From Bacillota bacterium (GTDB lineage: Bacteria; Bacillota; Negativicutes; CTSoil-072), in contig JAGFZV010000011.1 in assembly GCA_017889545.1 (NCBI GenBank), positions 17,247-81,246 of the forward strand: 64,000 nucleotides of DNA. The letters run 5' to 3'. Positions within the stretch are counted from its first letter, which is position 1. Each line of letters opens with the position of its first letter. Of this stretch, positions 39,502-46,533 are shown piece by piece. The position numbers and the translations under genes are program-made. Below the pieces are notes generated by a model. It saw only the letters and a list, made by a program, of their open reading frames with translations. It was not told the origin of the DNA and did not search any database.

Positions 39502-40866
39502 TTAGCGAGCTGGTTTTTCCGTTACATCGGCAAGCTGGTCAAGAGATTTGCCTTTGGTTTCTCTCTTAATGAAGACAAAGGCTGCCAATCCACCGATCAC
39601 TGCCGGAATAATATAGAACAGGAACGACATCTGCGGTCCCAGTTGCATTGCCATGATAGCCCCGGCAACGATCGGAGCCAGAGCCCCGCCAAGCCGGCCA
39701 AACGCTTGGCACCAAGCAACGCCCGTATTTCTAAACTCGGTTGGGTAACTTTCTGCCATCAGAGGCTGTACCGCCGTGATCGCATAGTTAATCGCAAAGC
39801 CCATGAAAATATTGGCTGCCAGAATGGCGTAGAAGCTGCCGCCGACAAAGGCCATAATCAGAATGGATGCGCCGCCAATGAAATAGCTCATAATCAGATT
39901 TGGTCTGCGGCCTATCTTTTCAGCGACAAAGCCGGTCGAACAGTTAGCAAAAATTGCAGCCGCATTATTAGCGATTGCCAAGCCATAAGCCGAAGTGAGC
40001 TTCAATCCTTTTTCCAACATTAAGGAAGGCAGCCAGGCATTGATGCCGTAAACGATGAAGCATCCGCAGAAGTAAGTAATCCAGACGCCCGCAGTTGCCA
40101 TCCGATATTCCTTGGAAAACAAAGCTTTCGGTCCAGCCACTTTGGGAACCGGCGGAACAGACAATAAGTTTGGATCCCAATTTGTTGATTTTCCAGTGGC
40201 CGTTTTCTCAATATATTTAAGAATTTCGACCGCTTCTTCCTTCCGCCCTTTATTGGCGAACCAATAAGCCGATTCATGCATTTTGAAGAAGATGAAAATT
40301 GAATATAAGAAAGGAATACCGCCGATCAAATAACAAATTCTCCATCCGTATTTCGCTACGAGCAGCGTAGGAATAAGACCGCCCAAAACCCAGCCAACGA
40401 TCATCCACGCCATACCGAAGGTGATAAAGAGAGCACGGTATCGGGTCGGTGTGCACTCGGAAAAAATCGTAGTAACTACCGGAATACAAGCACCTAGTCC
40501 AATTCCGGCGCAAACCCGGAAAAAGGCGAACTGTTCAAAACTTTGGGCAAAGTAGATCGGAATACTTAACAGGGAGTACATGGCGATAGCACCCACCAAG
40601 GTTTTTTTCCTGCCGATTTTGTCGGAAACAATACCGGAGATTGCACCGCCGAGGATCAAGCCGAAAAGACTCCAGGAAGACAAACTGCCTGTTTGTACTT
40701 TGGTCAAGCCCCATTCAGCCGATATTTGCGGCATGGTATAGGAAACGATCATATAGTCATAGCCATCGAACACCATGGACATACCGAGGAAAAAAAATAC
40801 AGCCCAGGTAAACTTGTTGACCCCCAATGAATCTATTACTTCAGAGATAGTAAAGTTCTTACTCAC
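39502..40866 (-). CDS. MFS transporter, aromatic acid:H+ symporter-like
   Basis: FDGYD, SDKIGRKK, FRVCAGIGLG, SECTPTRYR, ESYPTEFRNTG, GRLGG; GTG start after gaggagg. Confidence 0.82.
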   Translation of the reverse strand: MSKNFTISEVIDSLGVNKFTWAVFFFLGMSMVFDGYDYMIVSYTMPQISAEWGLTKVQTGSLSSWSLFGLILGGAISGIVSDKIGRKKTLVGAIAMYSLLSIPIYFAQSFEQFAFFRVCAGIGLGACIPVVTTIFSECTPTRYRALFITFGMAWMIVGWVLGGLIPTLLVAKYGWRICYLIGGIPFLYSIFIFFKMHESAYWFANKGRKEEAVEILKYIEKTATGKSTNWDPNLLSVPPVPKVAGPKALFSKEYRMATAGVWITYFCGCFIVYGINAWLPSLMLEKGLKLTSAYGLAIANNAAAIFANCSTGFVAEKIGRRPNLIMSYFIGGASILIMAFVGGSFYAILAANIFMGFAINYAITAVQPLMAESYPTEFRNTGVAWCQAFGRLGGALAPIVAGAIMAMQLGPQMSFLFYIIPAVIGGLAAFVFIKRETKGKSLDQLADVTEKPAR

Positions 40867-41120
40867 GCACATTCCTCCTCAAAATATAAATAATACCGTT
40901 GGTATTTCATAAATTGAACATTATTCGTGATCAATTGAACTTACAAAAGGCCGACTATTTGTGTCAAAATAGTAAGGACTCTGTATCTGTAATTTTTCAG
41001 CGAACTATTTGTCTCATATGCAACGGGATCCGGAATAAGAAATTGCTCATCTGACCATGAGTAACTCTTGTATCTGGATGCCTTTTTCTTTATCAAAGCG
41101 ACTTGCTGTTGGCTCTGATA

Positions 41121-41291
41121 TTAAGAAGGAGATTTCGGTGTTTCTGGTGTTTCCGCTTTATCTGCGTATTGCGTTAAATCCACTTTACAGAAAGGGCATT
41201 TTTTTTGATAAACCCCTCCGATAGGAACCAATTTTTTGCCGCAATTAGGACAAACTTGAGTTTTTGCTGCTCCTGCTGGTCTAAAGCACAT
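41121..41291 (-). CDS. 56-aa zinc-ribbon/rubredoxin-like peptide (not in ORF track)
   Basis: RBS aaaggagg; MCFRPAGAAKTQVCPNCGKKLVPIGGVYQKKCPFCKVDLTQYADKAETPETPKSPS; two CxxC. Confidence 0.8.
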   Translation of the reverse strand: MCFRPAGAAKTQVCPNCGKKLVPIGGVYQKKCPFCKVDLTQYADKAETPETPKSPS

Positions 41292-41541
41292 TGCATGCTA
41301 CCTCCTTTGGTAATCATCATCTTTGTTCATAACTGTTAGTGAGGCGAACCGCCCCGTTCGTTGGATATTTGCAGAGTATTTTTTCTGGTTTTTTTCCGCC
41401 GCTCCACCTCCTCCTGGTTTTACCGGACCAAATTATCCATTCAAAGTTTAAAATCTGGTTGGATTATGACTGTATAAACTAAAATATAGTTTATAGCCCG
41501 GAAATCAACGCAAAATGCTTATATCGCCTAATCTGTTACGT

Positions 41542-41558
41542 TGCAATAATCGTGCCAT
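41542..41558 (-). promoter_or_regulatory. sigma54 -24/-12 promoter
   Basis: ATGGCACGATTATTGCA. Confidence 0.88.
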
Positions 41559-41711
41559 TTTGTTGAAAGTTGAACAAATCGGCTTGTAACTTGGGTTTAT
41601 CGGTTTTTTGCATTTCATCGGCTGAAAGTCCATGATCTCTTTTTAGGATCCCGAATCAGGTTCCTGGAAGTGAACAAGGCAGCAAAACCGCAGAAAAATC
41701 AGAAAATCTTT

Positions 41712-41739
41712 TTTTGCGATCACAGTTTCATTTTAAGAT
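41712..41739. promoter_or_regulatory. 28-bp upstream motif, copy 2
   Basis: TTTTGCGATCACAGTTTCATTTTAAGAT. Confidence 0.65.
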
Positions 41740-41889
41740 GTTCTTTGCGCTGCAGCCCACACTTCTTCACTTTCTAATCGAATTTTCTGCCTTTTGGCGA
41801 AACAGTCGCTCATTTTTTGTTTATGGACAGGGATATTGATTTTAAAATAACAACCCAGTATAATAAGAAAAACAGTAAATAGGGAAAGG

Positions 41890-42228
41890 GTGGATGATTT
41901 TTACATGTTTACCACAAAGATTGGCGAAAACAACTTGAGCGTGACCTTTGACGAAGCGGTACAAAAAGATCTGAAAAGCTCCTATGTGAACCCTGCTGAA
42001 ATATATAAGCTGATTTTAAACTTCGCAGGCACTCTGCTTGCGGTAAAAAAAGATGAAGAGTTTTATATTGCCAACGAAGAAACCGGCGCCAGTATGGTTC
42101 TTAGTATGAAATGGACGTCTGAAAAAGACGTAACGGTCCATGTCATGAAAGCAGAGAATATTGTTGACGAGAAAAACAAGCGCGTAGATTTGACGCCTCA
42201 TTCGGAAGAAACCCCGCCTGCAAATTAA
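41890..42228 (+). CDS. Hypothetical protein
   Basis: 112 aa; sigmaA promoter TTGATT-N17-TATAAT at 41836-41864; RBS gaaagg; terminator follows. Confidence 0.7.
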   Translation: MDDFYMFTTKIGENNLSVTFDEAVQKDLKSSYVNPAEIYKLILNFAGTLLAVKKDEEFYIANEETGASMVLSMKWTSEKDVTVHVMKAENIVDEKNKRVDLTPHSEETPPAN

Positions 42229-42231
42229 CAC

Positions 42232-42275
42232 AGTAGAAATCCCCCTTGCCAAAATGGCTAAGGGGGATTTCTACT
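42232..42275 (+). terminator. Intrinsic terminator
   Basis: agtagaaatccccctt / aagggggatttctact, 16-bp stem. Confidence 0.8.
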
Positions 42276-42294
42276 TTCAAGACAAACCAAAAAA

Positions 42295-42340
42295 GCGAAA
42301 GCAGCCTTTCCAATCAAAAATTGGTCCGGCTGGCTTTCGC
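42295..42340 (-). terminator. Intrinsic terminator of the small minus-strand ORF
   Basis: gcgaaagcagcc...ggctggctttcgc, with an A-tract on the plus-strand left side. Confidence 0.65.
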
Positions 42341-42366
42341 AATAATCAATCTTTAAACTTTACAGA

Positions 42367-42534
42367 TTATTTTTTTTCTTCTTCCAACTTCAGTTGCTCT
42401 TTGTAAGTCTTCTCAGCTGCAAACGTCGCTGATCCGTATTTTTGTCCCGGTTTCATAGCTAACGGATTCAGAGGCTTTTCAATTTTCTTCTTTGGTTTCA
42501 CCGCTTGCTCTTCCACTTTTTTTTCTTCTGTCAC
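42367..42534 (-). CDS. 55-aa Lys/Glu-rich small protein (not in ORF track)
   Basis: RBS gaaggaggtga, GTG start; MTEEKKVEEQAVKPKKKIEKPLNPLAMKPGQKYGSATFAAEKTYKEQLKLEEEKK. Confidence 0.7.
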   Translation of the reverse strand: MTEEKKVEEQAVKPKKKIEKPLNPLAMKPGQKYGSATFAAEKTYKEQLKLEEEKK

Positions 42535-42718
42535 ATTAGTCACCTCCTTCTATACTTATATTATAATATCACCTGTGAGTGGTCAAATAGAAGGTGCACC
42601 CTCGAATATGCAATGATATTAACCAAGGAAACAGTTGACCGCCTACCTCCGGCTCCCTATAATAAAAGCATGAAAACACTTTCAAAATAGAAGTCCTTTA
42701 CGAATAGGGGGAAATACC

Positions 42719-43033
42719 ATGTGCTGGTCCTGCAATCCTTATTGCGGCGGATGCAAACCGCCCAAAGAAAGGCCGGTTAGATGCCGTGCCTGCAAGACGT
42801 TCAATTTCCGTGATGAGAGCAATAAATGCAAAAATTGCGGTGCAGTTTTGCCCGATCCCATCAAACGTCCCACCGTAATGTGCCTGCAAATTGGAAAGCT
42901 ATGCGCCAATCCTTGCAATAGACACAAATCCGCTCCGGATGACGGCATTCTTAAAACCTGTCATTTGCACACTCCGCCCAAAGAAGAAAATTCGACCGAA
43001 AAACCACACGGCAACGAACCTTGCGATCCTTGA
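42719..43033 (+). CDS. Cys-rich small metalloprotein
   Basis: CWSCNPYCGGC, CRAC, CKNC, C...CANPC...C; promoter TTGACC-N17-TATAAT at 42635-42663; terminator at 43042-43077. Confidence 0.75.
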   Translation: MCWSCNPYCGGCKPPKERPVRCRACKTFNFRDESNKCKNCGAVLPDPIKRPTVMCLQIGKLCANPCNRHKSAPDDGILKTCHLHTPPKEENSTEKPHGNEPCDP

Positions 43034-43184
43034 TTCCACTTACCCTGCTATGATGACCATGCAGGGTTTTTTTTTTTGCTCGCCAAATATCCCTGTTCGG
43101 TCGGAAACAATAGATTGACATCCTCCTGTAGGGCTGGCAAATATACGATTTTAACCAATATAATCCAGGTAAAGAATAAGCTGC

Positions 43185-43231
43185 CGTGTCACGACTGACC
43201 CGCCGGTTAAGGTGGGACTTATCGTGACACG
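43185..43231 (-). terminator. Hairpin after the ferredoxin gene
   Basis: cgtgtcacga / tcgtgacacg with inner cccgcc/ggtggg. Confidence 0.55.
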
Positions 43232-43256
43232 CTCACTTATTCATACTGTTTGAGGA

Positions 43257-43598
43257 CTAGACTACCGGAGCAAACATCATTACACGGGGGCCCTTTTCAG
43301 CCATTTTCTTGGCTAGTTCATCCAGCGGACCGTATTCCATGCATTGACCCAGGCAGTGAAGAACGCAAGATGGTACACCTTCTCTTGCCACACGATCTTC
43401 ACAAAGATCGCAAAGTTGAGTAGGAACCGCAATATAGTTCCATTCCCATTTATCCCCGGTCACTTGGAACGGGCCTACTTCAGTCAATTTAATGCCCCAC
43501 TTGCCATGAGGAATTTTATGCTCGTTCTTACAAGCAACTTCGCAGCTATGGCAACCTGTGCAATATTGGTAATCAATCAATAATCCGTTACGTGCCAT
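43257..43598 (-). CDS. Short 4Fe-4S subunit of the Mo-enzyme
   Basis: GLLIDYQYCTGCHSCEVAC, CDLC...CVLHC. Confidence 0.85.
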   Translation of the reverse strand: MARNGLLIDYQYCTGCHSCEVACKNEHKIPHGKWGIKLTEVGPFQVTGDKWEWNYIAVPTQLCDLCEDRVAREGVPSCVLHCLGQCMEYGPLDELAKKMAEKGPRVMMFAPVV

Positions 43599-43639
43599 TT
43601 ATTTCCCCTCCTGTCTCTATAATTGTCTGCTAGATCGAT

Positions 43640-45907
43640 TTACGCTTTAAATCCGACATCGGATTCTAACGAATCGACTCTGTAAACCTTGCAGATCATT
43701 TGTTTGAACGGTGCGCCGAAACCAAGTTTTCCAATGTGTTTGTGCGGCACAAGGGTATTAATATTCGATTCCCAAACGCCAAACAGACTCGGTTCTTCCG
43801 CTTTCTTCTCCGGATACCACCAGCCGTGAGTTGCATGAACGACTTTAGGATGGATAGTCGGCGTCAGATGCGCTCTTTCTTTTGCTTTACCGAACATGTT
43901 TTCCAAGCAAACCCAGTCGCCCTCTTTGATACCGAGTGCGGCAGCAGTCTCCGGATGGATTTCCATTTCCGGCCAAGGATCGATTTCACGCAATGTCGGA
44001 ATTTGTCTGTGCTCCGAATGGAAGGAAGTGAATTTTCTAGCTCCGGTTGTAAGGATCAAAGGATATTCTTTGAACAGCTCCGGAGTGCTGAACGGGCTGT
44101 ACGGTGGCTCTTTGAAGTACGGAAGCGCATCATCGCCCCATGCTTCGAACAGCGTTGAGCTCAACTCAACCATCCCCGTTACAGTATTAAAGCCAGGGTC
44201 GCCGTCGCCGCGCAATTGGCCGGTCTCATATTTTCGATAAGTATATTTCGGTTGATATACACCCATCTCTCTCAAGTCGTTGAAGTCAATGCCGAGTTCC
44301 GGTTTCAGCTGTTTGCTGAAGAAGTCTTCAACACTGTCAAACGGCCACATATTCGGGTGAAGTTTTTTGCCCAATTCAATGCAGACTTCGATATCGGATT
44401 TGCAATCGCCAGTTTCAAACGCTTTGTTGATCGCGCCCAGGAACACAGCGTTACGTCCGAAGTGTGTGACAACAACGCCATCATGCTCAGCAAACGTCGG
44501 CAACGGCAGGAAGATATCGCCAAATGCCATCGCAGTCGGAGTCATGAAGCAATCTTGCACCACGTTGAATTCCAAAGATTTCAATGCACGGTACCATCTG
44601 TCAGGCTGCGCCGAACAGGTAGGAGTAATGAAGTTGCTGCTGTTGAACCAGCCCATCCGCAGTCTGTATGGTTTGCCTGATTCAAGAGTATCCAACGTTT
44701 CATCCGGGTGAGTAGTAGCCATAGCAGTACTCAATGCAGGCCATTCTTTGGCGCCGATGCGTTTGTCCCAAAGCTCTTCGGACAGATTGCTCCGGGTTTC
44801 TACACGCCATTTGCCAAGCAATGCAGCAGGTGGCCCTAAGGTGATGCCGCCAGGCACGTCGAGGTTACCGGTAATAGCGGACAGCGAAAGGATCGCATGG
44901 CCGAGTTGTACGCCGTTCGGGTTTTCGTCAACAGCCAGACCCCACTGAATAGCGGAAGGCTTGTTGGTGGCGAATTCGCGAGCAACTTCTCTGATTTTTT
45001 CTGCAGAAACCCAAGTCAGGTCTGCAACTTTTTCAGGCGGATATTCCTGAACGCGTTCTTTCAGCTCATCAAAGCCATAGCACCAGTTGTCAACGAAATC
45101 ATGATCATAAAGATCTTCGTTGATGATAACATTGAGTAAGCCCAGTGCGAGAGCGGTATCGGAGCCAGGACGCAATTGCAGAACATATTCTGCTCTGGTG
45201 CCGAGCCAAGTAATCCGTGGGTCAACACAGATCATCTTCGTGCCGCGTTTCATCATGTCGATCAGGGAGTGACCGAAGAATCCATCAGGATTGGACATTA
45301 ATGGGTTTTTGCCCCATTCCATGATGTATTTCGGCAATACATAGTTCGGATTGTCATAACGATCCGGGTAAGTACCGGCAAAGTCAATTTCCGGATAGCC
45401 TGCACCCAGAATGTAGTCGGTAATCGAGCAACGAGGACCGTAGCAGGACCAGCCGCTCAACGGATAGCATACGTTAGGAGTACCAAGTGATGCGAAGCCC
45501 AGCGGATAGTAATACAAGCATGCTTCACGGCCGGTACCGCCGAATACAACGATTGATTCAGCGCCATGATCTTCCTTCAATTGTTTCACTTTAGGAACGA
45601 TGATATCCCACGCTTCATCCCAGGAAATCTTAGTCCATTTATCTTTACCGCGATCTTCAGGAGCACGCTTCATTGGGGATAAAATACGTTGCGGATGGTT
45701 TACAAATTCAGGAAGTGCTAAACATCTGACGCACAACCGGCCATTCGTAATAGGATGTTCAGGATCTCCCTCTACCTTTACAAGCTTACCGCCTTTAACG
45801 GTCAATTTCATTCCGCATCCAACCGGATGGTCTCCTGGCGGTGACCAACCGCAGGTTCTGACTGTGTAAGAGCCATCTTCGTTTTGCGTTTTCCACTCTT
45901 TTTTCAT
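43640..45907 (-). CDS. Molybdopterin oxidoreductase catalytic subunit, paralog C (catechol-dehydroxylase-like)
   Basis: CGWSPPGDHPVGC...GRLCVRC, GGTGR, WSCYGPR, FHSEHRQIP, HGWWYPE; no Tat signal. Confidence 0.9.
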   Translation of the reverse strand: MKKEWKTQNEDGSYTVRTCGWSPPGDHPVGCGMKLTVKGGKLVKVEGDPEHPITNGRLCVRCLALPEFVNHPQRILSPMKRAPEDRGKDKWTKISWDEAWDIIVPKVKQLKEDHGAESIVVFGGTGREACLYYYPLGFASLGTPNVCYPLSGWSCYGPRCSITDYILGAGYPEIDFAGTYPDRYDNPNYVLPKYIMEWGKNPLMSNPDGFFGHSLIDMMKRGTKMICVDPRITWLGTRAEYVLQLRPGSDTALALGLLNVIINEDLYDHDFVDNWCYGFDELKERVQEYPPEKVADLTWVSAEKIREVAREFATNKPSAIQWGLAVDENPNGVQLGHAILSLSAITGNLDVPGGITLGPPAALLGKWRVETRSNLSEELWDKRIGAKEWPALSTAMATTHPDETLDTLESGKPYRLRMGWFNSSNFITPTCSAQPDRWYRALKSLEFNVVQDCFMTPTAMAFGDIFLPLPTFAEHDGVVVTHFGRNAVFLGAINKAFETGDCKSDIEVCIELGKKLHPNMWPFDSVEDFFSKQLKPELGIDFNDLREMGVYQPKYTYRKYETGQLRGDGDPGFNTVTGMVELSSTLFEAWGDDALPYFKEPPYSPFSTPELFKEYPLILTTGARKFTSFHSEHRQIPTLREIDPWPEMEIHPETAAALGIKEGDWVCLENMFGKAKERAHLTPTIHPKVVHATHGWWYPEKKAEEPSLFGVWESNINTLVPHKHIGKLGFGAPFKQMICKVYRVDSLESDVGFKA

Positions 45908-46116
45908 TATCTCACCAACCCTTTCAAGAAATTCTAAAAAAAGCTAAATTGTCAATCCTAGTTTCCCTAAACCATAACACCTCCCTTAACGCAGTCGGAC
46001 CAGATTACCCATTTACTCTCCAAGGTGTAATGCATTTTTCGTAGCCCTTGATGAAATGAGCCTATATCTTAATAGTCCGGATATCAATTTGGTTTCATAT
46101 CACCACCTAGTAATTA

Positions 46117-46133
46117 TGCAATAAGCGTGCCAA
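46117..46133 (-). promoter_or_regulatory. sigma54 -24/-12 promoter
   Basis: TTGGCACGCTTATTGCA. Confidence 0.9.
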
Positions 46134-46286
46134 CCTGTTAAAACTTGGACAAACCGCCGTAATACCAGTATTATTCCGGTTTTATCATTCGAATCAAATA
46201 AGACGCCTGATCTTTTTTTGAGATGAATACATTCCTGCATATAACTTCATAAAGCAGGAAAATAACAGAAATATCGCATAATCCTT

Positions 46287-46314
46287 TTTTGCGATCACAA
46301 TATCATTTTAGGAA
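46287..46314. promoter_or_regulatory. 28-bp upstream motif, copy 3
   Basis: TTTTGCGATCACAATATCATTTTAGGAA. Confidence 0.65.
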
Positions 46315-46533
46315 CTTTGCTTAATACTAAGATCGTTCGAAACGCTATGACGTTACGGAAGTCCAGCTTTTTCATTTCTATTTCCAGCAAATTTAAAATT
46401 CGGCAAAAAAATTAGAAGAAAGCACATCAAATGATTTGCTTTCTTCTAATTTAATCGGCAATATTTCCTATCTGGATGACTGTAATAGTATTGTGGCTGC
46501 TCAAATATGATCCTTCAGAACGGTACTATCCCG

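Noticed and set aside
41333-41404. 23-codon GTG ORF in the 41-kb leader, and an alternative 40-aa frame (MQCALDQ...) overlapping the MCFRP gene
   Set aside because: Poor RBS spacing or no motif; the CxxC-containing frame is far more plausible
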